This document shows positions 1 through 14,292 of a DNA stretch of 64,000 nt, piece by piece. The position numbers and the translations under genes were made by a program. The stretch spans positions 806,001 through 870,000 of the forward strand of contig MCFH01000002.1 of the NCBI GenBank assembly GCA_002104945.1, given 5' to 3'. How positions within the stretch are numbered: position 1 is the first letter of the stretch; each line of letters begins with the position of its first letter. Source of the DNA: Piromyces finnis finn (taxonomy: Eukaryota > Fungi > Neocallimastigomycota). The notes under the pieces are model-generated. The model had not been told where the DNA came from. It searched no databases and was given only the letters and a program-made list of their open reading frames with translations.

Positions 1-361
1 CTTATTCATCAAATACTTAAATTTGATGAATAAAATGTTTTTTAATCGCTCAGTACCATGAGCTTAGTCCTAATAATTTTCCCTTAAAGACTAACCAAGC
101 ATCCATTGCGCAATGCTTGGATTTAATTCTTTCTACTCTCTCAGTACCATGAGCATGAGTAGACCCCCTTGAGAAATTACATTTATTAAATAAATGAAGG
201 CACATTCCTAAGAGGGCACCAAGCATCCATTGCGCAATACTTGGATTTAATTCTTTCTACTCTCTCAGTACCATGAGCATGAGTAGACCCCCTTGAGAAA
301 CTACATTTATTAAATAAATGAAGGCACGTTCCCAAGAGGGACAAAATTATGATCTCCATTG
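1..361 (-). mobile_element. Probable 3'-terminal fragment of the LINE family at 11.5-14.3 kb (ORF end plus structured 3' UTR); continues beyond the window start
   Basis: 338-361 is identical (24/24) to 11567-11590, which encodes the last codons (NGDHNFVP) of the LINE ORF. Here the same frame continues NGDHNFVPLGNVPSFI-stop, followed by hairpin-rich sequence with higher GC than the flanks. The LINE assignment rests on the 24-mer only. Confidence 0.5.
95..340. repeat. 124-bp tandem duplication (2 copies)
   Basis: CCAAGCATCCATTGCGCAAT starts at 95 and 219; the copies differ by only a few substitutions through GAGGG at 212-216 / 336-340. Confidence 0.95.
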
Positions 362-1241
362 ATTATTGTTGAATTCAATAATAAAAAAATTTACACTTTA
401 TGTTCTTTTAAAAAGTTCTTCATGATAATAACATATATTTTTACCTTTTAAGAATAAAATAATTTAATTATTTTTTATTTTTTATTTTTTATTTTATTTT
501 TTTTTTTTTTTTTTTTTTTTTTTATTCTATATTATAAAATTATTAATATATGCAATATTTATATAATTAAAATTCTATAAAATATATTTTTTGCTTATTA
601 TAATACTATTTTACTTAAGAATATTTTGGTTATTTTTTTTTTAAAAAAAAAAAAAAGTTTTTTATTAACATATAAAATTATCGTTTTATTTTTCTTTTCT
701 TTTAATATTATTGATAAATATATATTATATAGTTATAAAAGAAAAAATAAAATATTTGATAATTTAAAATTATATTAGCATTATAAAGAAAAGAAAATAA
801 TACTATTTTTATTTTATAACAAATTCATAAAATTTTTTGTTAAATATTTTTTTTTCAATTCTTTATAATTTTTTGGAATAATATAAATAAAAAGGCATAT
901 TTTTTTATTTGCAAATATTATATGGCAGGATATAATTTTTTTTTTTTGTATGTGTATGTGTTTGCTTTAAATAAAATATCTTAATGTTTCCCCATTAACC
1001 CATTATTTTATTTTATTTTATTTTAAAAAGATAAGTGATGCTTTGTTATTGTAATTATTAATTGGTAAAGAAAATAAATTTTTTAAATTTTATCCTTTTT
1101 CTTTAATTTTCCTTAAAAGTTTTGGAAATAGAAAAAAAATAAAATTTAATATCAAAATTGTTATATTTTAAGAAAATTATAATTTTTTAATTTCTTTTTT
1201 TTTTTTTTGTATATTAATTATAAATTTAAAAATTAAAAAAT

Positions 1242-3955
1242 TTATTCATCGTCTTCGTCGTCATCATCATCATAATTGTCAAGGTAATTTTGTTGACCAC
1301 TAACATTTAATCTTTTTAAGTCATCAATAATAGAATCATGTACACCTTCAGTCTTACTCATTTCCTTCCAAGTATCAAATTCTTGTTCAGAGAAACTTTC
1401 AAGAATACGTGGGGATCCTGGAGCACTTGGTGGACGTGGAACCTTACGAATCTTACGACCAAGAATAGTTTCTTCACCTTCACTCATAGTTTGTTCATCT
1501 GGAAGAGATTGTTCATCAAGGTTGTTTAAGTTTTGGTCATCTTCTTCTTCATTTTCTAAGGAAGAAATTTCTGGCCATTTTCTTAAAACAGCAACCCATC
1601 TAGCCTTTTGGTATTCAATACCCATACGCTTCCAATCTAATAAGTCACTAAGACGTTCAGTACGGTTACGTTGGTTAATACGTTGACGACGAGTCTTCTT
1701 AGTAAAGTCAAACATACAATTGGCTAATTGTTCAACAGATTCTTCAACACTACAAGTACGACGGTTAACAATGTAAATACCGTAATCGGCTGGGTGAGTA
1801 ATCATTTCTTCCATGAAACAACCGAAACCAGAAAGGTTAGTAGTAATAGATGGAACACCCATAACAGTACATTCAGCTGGAGTGTAACCCCATGGTTCGT
1901 AGTAACTAGAGAAGACACCTAAGTGACAACCACGGACAAATTCTTCGTAATCAAGTGGAAGAATTGGGTTGTTGGAGTTAAGGAATTCTGGGTGGAAGAT
2001 AATCTTAACACGGTCACTTGGAGCGTTGAATAAACGAACTCTACGAATGTGGTTTAAGATTGGATCATGAGCATCATCAGCCATGTTGTGAGTAACAATT
2101 GGTGGTAAGGAATCACGCTTAAGAGCATAAATTCTACGCTTAAGAACAATCATTTCTTCATCTGATAAAAGATTAGATGGATCTGGTAAAGAACCACGAG
2201 CAGCACTTGATAAGATACGCTTACCAATACTTTCTTGCATATCAGCAACGGTTTGTCTTAATTGCTTCATAACAGCTTGACCCTTAAGAGCATCAACAGT
2301 AAATGAGTGAGTAGCAGCTGGCATAATAATGAAAGCAACAACAGTCATGTTAGAATTGCTATGTTTTAACTTGTAGTTAAGACGGGCTAAAGATTCAATG
2401 TACATATCAACACCCTTGTTACGGTATTCATAACGACCAGCAGTGAAGAAGTATAAAGTGTTATCTAAATCGAAATCGAAATGACCGTAGAAGTGACCAC
2501 GAATGAATTCATTAATCTTTTCCTTAGCAGTAGCGTGTAAGTTTTGGAATTCGTGAATAGCACTGAATTTAACAACATTTAAACCATTTGGTAAAACACC
2601 ATCTGGCTTACGCTTTAATAACCATTCACTTTCATAAGCAGTAATGTGTGAGACAGTAGTGAAGACATCAGCACAGTGAGCAGCACCACGTTCAATACAG
2701 TAACGATGGTAAATTTGTCTCTTACCAGATTCACTATCAACATCGAAATACTTTAAGTTGTTGTAGAAATCAACATCACCAGCACATAAATAACGACCTA
2801 ATAAAGTAGCGTGAGTAGTGAAAATAGTAGCAATGTCAAGATTACGCTTACGAATTAAAACAAGAGCAACACCAGCTAACCATTCATGGAAATGAGCAAT
2901 AATAAGTGGTCTGTTAGAAACATGGTATGAAGAGTAAACAGATGGTTTAACATTAACTGGGTGAATTAATTGATGGTGGCTAGAAAGTTGATGTGGGTTA
3001 GAAAGTTGCATATCAGTTGGAACTCTGTTTTTCTTGGAGTATAAACGGTAAGAGAACTATACAAAAAATAAAAGTAAAATATTATAAAAATTGATATCAT
3101 TAAAATCTTTTTTATATTCTTAAACCATTTTTATGACAATTTTTCAAAAAATATATGATTATTACTTCACCGAGGAACCAAGCAACAATATAACCAAAAA
3201 CAATAGCATCATTGGTTTCAAAATCATCAGATGGGGATGGAATACCAGAAATCTTGTAAAGATCACCCTTCCATTCATCCATACGGTTTCTGCAAGAGCT
3301 AATATCAAAAAGAAGAACAGCTGGAGCACCTTCAATTAACCATCTACCATATAAGAAACGGACACCGTTTTCACGCATAGAATCTAAAGTACCCTTTAAT
3401 GGTTCAGAAGGAATTTCAGTAATTTCTTCAACTTCCATTGGAGCGGTCTTCCATGAAAGAGGACCAATTAAACAGTATCTTTCACCATATTCAGTAGCAG
3501 TAACTGGAGTCTTAGACTTAATAACAGTGTAGATACCACCAACTGTATAAAAAAAAATAAAATAAATTTGTTAAATCTATTGGACACACATTTAACTATG
3601 TAAATAAAAAAAATTTTCCCTAATTTGTTCTTTTTAATAACCTTTAATATTTTATTATTTACCCATTTATTTTTATTTATACTATTTATTACTTTATTAA
3701 TTTTATTTTCAATATTATTTAAATTTCTTTATTCGTTGTTTTTTCTTTTCAATATACTTTTTTTTTTTTCTATTTTTAACTAAAGATTATTTGTTTTATT
3801 TTATTTTTTCTTCCTTGCTTTTATTTTATCCACTTTTAAAAAAAACTCGTTTTATAATGAAATAACAAGAACAAATCTATTTATTTACCCTTGTTGGCAA
3901 CTTCCCAAGCAATTTCGAATAATAAAGGTTTTGAGTAATTAATTTCTTCAGACAT
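1242..3955 (-). CDS. GSY: Glycogen [starch] synthase, GT3 family; 3 exons, about 752 aa
   Basis: Exons 3955-3889, 3542-3166, 3056-1242 with GT-AG introns; total 2259 nt, in frame. Motifs [61 protein letters not shown], and C-terminal phospho-site cluster [10 protein letters not shown]. Confidence 0.97.
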
Positions 3956-4965
3956 TTTTATATTGTGTTTATTGATATATTTATATTAATAAATTAAATA
4001 TAGTAGGTTTTTATAATTGTTTTTTTTTTTTAAATAACTATATAAACTATTTACAATTTTTATTACTAAGTATGTTTTTTTTAAAAAAAAAAAAAAAAGA
4101 TATTTTTAACTAAATATACTAATTTTATTTTAATTATAAACTACTTTCTATCTTTCCCTTTTATTTCTTAATTTATTTTTATTATTTTTTTAAAAAAAAA
4201 ACTTAAAAAAAAAAAAGAAAATAAAAAACGAAATTCCTTTTATATTTATAATAAAATTAAAAGATAAAGGATAAAAAAAAAAACTTTAATAGCAGCCTAT
4301 TTTAATATTTAATATTTGGTTTTATTAATAAGAACCTTTTTAATTATACATTATACTCACAATAATAAATATTAATATTTATTTAAAATTAATTATAAAA
4401 TGGTGTTATATTGAATGGTGACTATTAAAAAATATATATTTCTATATAATACTAATATAATATAATATATTTAAATAGGTAATTTTAAATACAATAATAT
4501 ATAATTACAAGTGTTATGTAACATTTTTCTCTATAATAATTTATTAACTCACAATAATTAAGTTTCTCATTATTATCAATCATTCAATTTATTAAATAAA
4601 TATTGATCTATAATATTTAATAGCTATTTATTCTATTTATTTAATGTATATATTATTATATTATTAGCAATATATTCTTTATATATATGGAAAAGAGTAA
4701 TAATATAACTAATATAAAATAATATTAAATCATTTTTATAGAATTGATAAAAATATATTTTATAATTTAATATATTTGTTAAATAGTGATATTACTATAA
4801 ATTAAAAATGGATTAATATATTTATAAAGGTAATACAAAAATAAATTATATTATAATATATTAAGGTTATATATTAAATATCTAAAAAATAAATAGAATT
4901 AAGAAATCTCGTTTTTGAAATGTTAGTAAAATTTTAATAGTTAAATATTTCGTTATAACAACAGA

Positions 4966-5398
<433 letters not shown>

Positions 5399-8300
5399 AT
5401 AATAAAATGTTAAAAAAAAATATTAAATCAGTATATAGTTATTCTAATTATAAATAATATTAATTATTAAAAAATATATATATTTAATAAGAAAAAAAAG
5501 TTCTCTGAATCCAATTATAAATATCATATTTAGTTATAAAAAAAAAAAAGGTTACTAAATATTATTTATAATATTTTAATATAAAAGTTTGTTCTTCGAT
5601 TCATACCTTTAATCATATTTTCATATAATTATATAATTCAAATAATTAAAAATACAGAAAAACGACAAGTTTTTTAATATAATATTTAAATCAATTTATA
5701 ATAAAATAAAATTAAAATTATTGGGAAATGAAAACTAATAAATCAAAAAAAAAAAAAAACTAAAATACAGAAAATATTGTTTTTAAATTTAAAGTATAAT
5801 AAAAACAGTGCAAAGACAGAAGTTGCAGAAAAAAATTAATAAACTACTTCAAAAATAATATATAAAAATGGTTTCTTTTACTTTATTTATGTTTATTTGC
5901 CAATTTTATTAAGTATTTTTCCCTATCTCCTTTATTGGATTAGAATAATTTATAATCAATGTTATATATAGACTAATAAAATGCACTAAAATTTTTAATT
6001 ATTTTCACTTTTCTTTTCCTAAAAGAATTAATGCTTTCAAAGATAAAAGTTGTAAAATTATAATTGTCTTTGGATTTTAGGCAATTATATAATAATAATA
6101 CTACTTAAACATTTCTTTTTTAAATAGCAATTTATCTTCTCTACTTCTAAAAAGTCTTAACTATAAAAAATGGTTTATTCAATTTTATGTAATATATCAC
6201 GTGTTATGTGTTAAAAAAACAAGCTTTTGACTATATTAGACAGAATGTATTTAATTTTAAATATATATTATGTATTATATAAGAGTAATAAATACATCCT
6301 AAGTTAATTTGGTAGTTTATATTAAACTTTAACTTTAAAATATACCACAGGAGAATTTTACGAGATTTCTAAAATAATTTTCAAGATGATGTATATATAC
6401 TTTAATTAATGTTAAGTCTGTAAAAATATATACTTCCATATTTAAATAGATTTTTCTTTAATAATATGTAGTAATATTAATTTATGAAAAGGAATTATTA
6501 TATATTGAATTATAACGGTATAATTATATATTGTTTTCTATAATCTGGATAAAACAAAATAAAATGTTTTAATATATATGTATATATATAATTATATTAG
6601 CTTTTGGTTTTATTATATATATCATTAATTTCTTTCTACATATATTATGTATAATACTTGATAAATAGCATAATAGTTTCTAACATAATTTTACATTATA
6701 AGTATAATATTTATAAATTATAATCATTAATCCCTATTATGTTTAATTATAATGAAAATAAAGTTTTTATTCGCATTGATTAAAAAACAATTAATCAATA
6801 ATAAAAGAGTTTGATCATTTTAATTTATTGATTATTAATTAATTCTTTCTGATCTATTATAAACGCAAATGGAATCTCTTTAATATTTGATATATTAAAT
6901 TCTATTTTATTTTGTTATGATAATGAACAAAAAATAAAATATTTATTCATTTAAATAATTGTTTATACTTTTAAACTTGTGAAATCGTTCTTTTTTTTTT
7001 ATTGTTATTATTATTAATTTATTAAACTTTACTGATTTGGTGATCTAAATCCCGTTTTATCATCGTTGAATTAATTATTCTATTTGGTTTCATTAATTAT
7101 ATTATTAAGAATATTATTAAAATTTATTAAAAATTATTTTTATTTTTTTAGGATAATAGTAAATAATACTTTATATAAAAAATATAACATTGATCCTTAG
7201 TTATTCATTTAAACTACAATTTATTTAAATAATACTTTTTCTTATTCAACTAAATACATTTTTTAATAATGTCTTCTTCTTTTGATTATTTCTTTTCTCT
7301 TTTTTATTATTATAATACATCTTTTTATTCCTTTCCACTAACGTACTAATTCCATATGTAAAATGTATGTATTCAATATCTTTTTTTTTGTTTGTTTTAT
7401 TTTCTATCTATATTAATATTTAAAATATTAAATTTTTATATTTATTTTATTCTTTATTACATTATATTAAATTCAATAAAATAGTTATATTCTAATATAT
7501 TTCAATATATTGTTATTCAAAATTAATTAAACTTTATTATAATAGAAATATTAATTTCAAAAATGGATATATTAAAATGATTATCAAAAAAAGTTTTGAT
7601 AAATTAAATTTTGAAAATAAATTAAAAAAATAACATGTATAATAAAATGTAAAGATAAGAAAATGTTTAAAATATAAAAAGAAATAATTGATTATAAAAT
7701 AATAATTTATAAAAATATAAAAAATATGCAATTTTGACTTTCATTAAAATAATTATATATAATATTTTATTTTCGATTTTTTTTTAAAATAAAATTTCAA
7801 ATAACATTTTTACTGATTGATTTTTTTTTATCTTTTTTTTTTTTTTTTGCTATCAACCAACTAGTATCTTAAAAATATTTAATATATTAAATTAATATTA
7901 ATATATATAAAAATTAATCCGAAATTTATTCAAATTTTTAAAAATTTAAAAAATACAAGGGGGATATTCTTTGGACTCTCAAAAAAAATTTAGAGATGTA
8001 TTAGAATAACTAGAAAATAAAGGTAATATTTGAAAATTTTAACATTAATAATACCTTAAAAAATAGATGGAAAAATTTGTTTGTTTTATTATATATTAAG
8101 CAAAGTATATTTTATTAGTTTTATTTTTAGGTGAAAATAAGCTATTTTAATTATTTTAATTGTATAATATTTAATGGATATTGTAATGTTAAGATGAAAA
8201 AATGACTCATAAATACTTATTATAATGTTAAGATGGTAAATCCTAAATTATCGAATTAGTAGGTATGTTAAAAAGAAAAAATGGGATAAACTGATGATGG

Positions 8301-11300
8301 CAATCATTGTTACGTTATAAATAATTTCAAAGGCACTATTTTGTTTTTAATTTAGATTTTTAAATTTATAACTATTTTAGAGGTGTAGAATTTTAATATA
8401 ACTCAATTTGGAAATTATTTCAAGGATACAGTATAATTTATATCGATACACATATTAAAGTACATTTTATAATATATTAAATATATGATATACATTTTCA
8501 AAAAATAATTTTTTAAAACTTTATTTATTACAATATTATATATATTATAGCTAATATAGAAATTATTAAAATTAGCAATACAATAATTATTTATTTTTTT
8601 TATTTTTTTTTATTTTTAGGAACTATATAATTTTTATAATGCTTCTACTAATTAGTTAACATTATTTATATTGATTTATTATAGTAATATAATAAACGGT
8701 AATCATTATGCATAATTAAATTTATTTTTAATTTTAAATTTTATTTTAAATAGTTTGCTTCAATTTCTACAATAATAATAATTAGAATTAATTTTTTTAG
8801 AAGATTAATATATATAAATATGTTGTTAAAATTATTAACAAATATTGTAGATAATTAATGTACAAAAGACTACATAATAATTTTATCATTGATGATGAGG
8901 TTGTTGTTATTGTATGCTGATATATAACTATTCAGATATTTTTTTTTAAAATAAATAAGATCTCTTTTTCTTTTTATGTTATAAAGAGTTAATACACTTT
9001 CTCATAAAAAATTCATTATTTAATTATTTTATTAGAAGTTGTTTATTGGATTAGAATCATAGATCATAACTTGAGATTTAAGAATAAAATTATTTAATAA
9101 TTAAAAAAAATTTTTTAAAAGGTATATTAATCATTATAGTTTTATTATAACTTAAATAGTTTTATAATATATTTAGTTTGAATTAATTTTTGAATACTAA
9201 GGGTTTTCAAAACATTTTAATTTTTTAAAGGATATAATAGGAAAGATATGCAAAATTATTATTATTTTATCGCTATTCAATAAATTTTTAATATTTTGCC
9301 ATATCATTAAGAATTTTTTATACCTTTATCTTATTTGATGGTGAATGGGAAAATTTGAAAAAAATAATTAGAATAATAGGGAAATTAAACTTTGTATTAT
9401 AGTCCAATAATTATATCATATTATCTAATTATTAATAAAACCAAATAACTTATTTCTGGTATTAAAGAACTATTTTTACAACATCCTCTTTTTTTTTTTC
9501 TGTTGTATTCATATTAAGATGGATAATCCTTTTAAAATATTTTGCACTCATTCATATTAAGTTTTTTTTTTATCCTCTTTCAAATTAAATTTATCACTTT
9601 CATTTTTTAAGTATATGAAAAGTGAAGAGAGCTTGACTACTAGGAGTATTTCCTGTAGTAACTTAATCTTGAAGTATTAACTATATTTACTAAGTAAGCT
9701 TTATAAAACTTTCTGAAAAGGAAAAGTGTAAAAATAATTTATTCTTTTACATAGAACTCATCTAACTTATGATAAGTTATAAATCGATAAAGTAAAACAA
9801 TAATATAATAAAACAGGGTCTTATGCTCTATATAAATACTTTTTTCTACTAAAATAATCCTTATTATTAATGGTTTTAGTAAAATAACTATTTTATAGGT
9901 TTAATAATATTTTTAACTTTATCAAGTGCGCTCTCTGATATTGTAACTTATTTAATTCTTCCATTTTATTTATGTTTCTATTTTTTTCTTTATAAATAAA
10001 GATATGTAGTTATCTTGCTTGTCTAAAAAAAGAAATTAATAGTATTAGAAATAAGAGAATCGAGAAATTAGTAAATACTAATAACTATTACTTGATAATA
10101 AATAATATTAAAAATTATGTATATTAACTTTAATATTAATATTGGAAATATATATTTTTTAAACCTTTATTAATTTAATTAATATTTAAATGTGTAGGTT
10201 ATTTCTTTGACTTTCTAATTAATGATATTTGATAAATTAACAGAATGATTCTATTTAAACAATAATGATTATAAAAAAATGAAATTTTGAGTATAATCTT
10301 TTTTGATACTTGTCTATTTTTATCTTATTCATTCCTCTTTTAATATTATTATTGTTTCTTTTGATATTAAAATATATATTTATTAAAAATCTTCACATTA
10401 TATAGATATTACATAAATAAAATAATTTTTTTACTATTATAATAATTTTATAAAAAATATGACTTTTAATATTATTTTAAAAAATGTTTTAATGAATTTA
10501 TTTGTATGGTACTCCTATTCATATTATTTATTTAATTTATTATTACTATTTTTTTAAAAAAAAAGGATAATAATAATACATTATATAACTAATAGGACTA
10601 AATCACTGACATTATAATATTCAACTTCAAAAAAAAAAATAAATTTGTAAAGTTTTTGTATTAGATCCTATTAAATATTTGACTTAAAAAATTCTTTTAA
10701 AAACTTAATTATTCAAAATTTAGTTCAAAAGCTATTGTTTTATTAAATGACACAGCATATAGAAATAAATTATCAGAATAAATAGAATATTTTTTTAAGT
10801 GTTTGACGAGCTCTTCTTCATTTATATGTTTGTTTTAATGTTTTAATAAATGAAAAGTTTTTTTTTTTTTTTTTTTTTTTTTAGAAAATTATAAGCAAGT
10901 TAGTTTTAATAAATATATTAACATTCAATTCGATGTACTGCCTGAATCTCTAACAAAAAAAATGTAGTACTAATTAAAGAAAGAAGACTAAAAATTGATA
11001 ATTCTTTGGAAAAATATAACAAAATAACAAAAATAAAGATAGATATATCCAATACTATCAACATTTGTTATCTAATGGAAGAGTTCTATGCCAAATTATA
11101 CAAATAATAATAAATAATAGTTTACGGCTAGTGATCTAATAATAGAAAAATAAAATGCAATTCTTTTCAGTCGTTACATCTATAATAATAGTGATAATAA
11201 TAAAAATTATTTATTATTTAAAAAATAATATATTTATTATGATGGTATAAAGTAAAGGCTTTTTTTTGTCAAAGTAAAGATTAACTAATGCCCAGGAAAA

Positions 11301-11562
11301 CTTTTTTTTTTTTAAACTATGTCAAATATTTTTAAACTTTTATTAATTTAATTAAAATTATAATACATGTTATAAAAAAATAAATTTAAAAATAAAAAAA
11401 TAAAAATAAAAAAAATATGTTTAAATAAACACAAATGAATAAAAATTGGGTATAATGTATTCTAGTAATCTCAATTAAAGTAAGAAAGCCATTATAATAC
11501 TAAAGTATAATAATTGTATTTGACTTCCAATAATGGAACACGAATCAAAGATCAAAAATTTG

Positions 11563-14292
11563 TCATGGGACAAAATTATGATCTCCATTGGTTGCGCTGG
11601 CCCTCCTAGCCTGTCTTACTATTTCTTCAGCATTGACACTCTTGGATGTTGCTTCAAACCTTTTGAACATTGATCATTTCTGACCAATAACAAAAGGCAT
11701 GATTTTGGTTAGAAGTTCCGCTATTACCGTCATGAATAGTGTTTCTTTGTAAGTGCCCAATTGAATCTGACACTTACAAAGTTCTTTCCATTCCCTTGAA
11801 CTGGAATTAATATTATTAAAACTTCTTCCCCAAGAAGGAATTTAAATATTTTATTGCACACTAGAATAATTATACACATTAATATTCACCGGATTATTAG
11901 AACTATTACTATTATTAACTAATAACTATATAAATTAGAATTGTTATTTTCACTATTGCTACTACTTTTATTATTATTATTAATATAATTAAAAGTATTA
12001 TTATTACTAATGTTACTATTACTATTATTATCATTGGTATCTCTACTGATATTAGCATTTTCATTATTATTGATAGGACTGTTGGAATTACGTTGACTGA
12101 AAAAAATTTAATAACTGGACTATGGAATCGTAATGCTTAATATGGGTATATACTTTGATCACCGCTCTTAAAACATGGTCAGTAGTTAAGGCAAACTGGA
12201 TCAACAAATTTAGCAGCTTTTGCAACTTTAGCATCCAACTTTTATCCGCTTCTTGCTTTCAATAGCCATAAGAAACCATAGGCAAACTCTGGATGCTTAT
12301 AGCACAATTTAATAAAATCTTTAGTTTCAATATTATCGTCATAGTATTGGGCTTTGATTGAATTTCCTTTGAGATCTTTCCAATAAAAGTTTTTAACTGC
12401 TTTAACATCTCCATGCTTCTTTAATTTTTTATAAAATATTCTACTTGATTTGCACCATGTATATTTCCTAAATTTAGGAATGTAATTGACAAGGTATGGG
12501 ATAATATAATTTGAGTTTTTCTAGCTAATGGAGGAATATTCAAATATTTTGAAATAGATTATAGAGGTAAAAACGATACGGCTTTATGAACTCCTGCAAC
12601 CCATCGTATTCTTTTGTTAACATGTTTCTGAGCAATTCTAGACCTAGCTTTGTTGGATCCAAATAATAGTGCAAAGTATGAAACTCTGCTTCTCACTTGT
12701 AAGTTAAGTACTAACTTTTTGAAAGGAATAGGAATATTACGATTTCTTAAGAACTTACTGACTGAAAAAAGTCCTTTCAAAACCTTATTATTAAGAGCTA
12801 TAATAACTGGTTTAAGAGATGAATTCATGTCAAATGGAACACCAAAATAAGTGTGGCAATTAGTAGTTGGAATGAGTTTTCCTGCTAAGTAAAATGCTGG
12901 ATCTTTTTTGTTTTGATTTTCTACTGATTCAGGTCGAATCACCATTGTTGAACATTTCTGGATACCAAATTCTATTTTATCGTCCACTCGTTAACTCTTT
13001 TTAGCATCTTTTTTAAACATCTTCTTGATGGAACACAAATAACTATATCATCTGTAAAAAGTCCACCACAACATTGAATTCCTCCTAAACTAACACCGAG
13101 ATCTTCACACTCTTTAAAAAATATCATTAATAAAGAGATTAAAAAGAATAGGAAAAAGTGGGAAATCACGACGGACTTCTTTCTTCACATCAAAAGATTC
13201 AGAGAATTGTCCATCTAATTTAATATTAACCTTAAATGTTAAATATAAATTTTTTATGAATTGTAAACTCTTACCTCTAATTCCTAAATAGTCTAATTTA
13301 TGGAGAATATTACCGATTGGGACTGGATCGTATGCTTTCCTGAGATCTAAAAAGACCAAATATGTCTCTTTATTATCTAATTGACGTCTACGACATATTT
13401 CTTGGATTGAAACGAAAAGATGGATACTTTTTTCCTTTTTTCGAAAACCAAATTATTCGGGTCTAATGAGATTATTAGACCATATTCTGAAATTCTAGTG
13501 GTGACAATTTTTTGAAATCAACTTAATACCATTATTGATGAGTGATATACCTCGGTAGTTATCACAATCTGTCAAATCACTCTTCTTAGGAATAACATTC
13601 CATGAGCTGGGGAAGTCATCATCCCAAATACGGTTGAATAATTTATGAATAAAATTTAAACCATGAGCATCATTATCTGAAGTGACATTACCAGAAGAAT
13701 TATTATCTGTAACATTATTAGAATCATTACTTGAAGGAATTTAATGCTTTTTAAAATTCAATAGGAATACCATCCCGACCTGATACTTTATAGTTTTGAT
13801 GATTTGATACAGGATAAAAATCATTTATAAATGATCCTGAGTGAATAAGATCTTTCATCAAGCATGTTCAATGTCGGAAGATTGATCACCTCCAGTCTAT
13901 GAGATGAAAGAACCTTTAAGTGGAGGAACTTCCCAATCTCCTAATCCATTAGATAATAACCAATTGGATAATTTTACTTTATACATATTAAAATCGCCAA
14001 CAAGAATCGATGGATGGGATGAGTGAGTTTGTAACCACAAGCGAACTTCTAACTTTGTATGATCAACATAGATGTTGTGATGATTATGAGGCATATAAAC
14101 ATTTCCAATCAAGCATTTGAATCTATTCCAAAGGCTAAAAGAATAAATAGAAATAATATACTTGCATAAGAAGTTTTCAAGTGAGGCTTGACACGAATTA
14201 TAAATACCTAAATATAAATCTTTCATTCCAGACACTGATTCATCAGCTTTCTTAAAAAAATGTCTATAGTATTGTAAAGTAGCAAAAAAAGC
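11563..14292 (-). mobile_element. Decayed non-LTR retrotransposon (LINE) with APE endonuclease and reverse transcriptase remnants; clade not determined
   Basis: Minus-strand fragments in several frames: APE GNVYMP...ILVGDFN (13897-14235); KVSGRDGIPIEF (about 13790); IPKKSDLTDCDNYRGISL; FGFRK; VFLDLRKAYD; PLFPILFNLFINDIF; LFTDDIV; FGIQKC thumb region. The ORF ends ...RQARRASATNGDHNFVP-TGA at 11565-11563. Many stops and frameshifts. Confidence 0.9.

Noticed and set aside
13-110. U1 snRNA-like words ATACTTA (13), ACCATGA (55) and ATCCATTGC (101) in the U1 order
   Set aside because: The 5' splice-site-pairing end (ACTTACCTG), the U1-70K loop GATCACGAAG and an Sm site are absent, spacing is wrong, and the local hairpins differ from the U1 fold.
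1-361. Hammerhead ribozyme or CRISPR-like array
   Set aside because: No CUGANGA...GAAA core on either strand (closest CTGAGAG and CTGAGCG). The repeats are whole-unit duplications without unique spacers.
7537-7731. 64-aa F/L/I-rich ORF
   Set aside because: Product of AT-rich composition; no motif or codon signal.
7958-7990. AAGGGGGA resembling a PPT
   Set aside because: Not followed by TG, and no LTR partner or pol remnant is adjacent.
8888-8920. ATGATGA...CTGA resembling C/D snoRNA boxes
   Set aside because: The boxes are only about 25 nt apart with no terminal stem.
9480-9780. Purine-rich, coding-like minus-strand stretch
   Set aside because: All frames are broken and no transposase or gag motif was recognisable.
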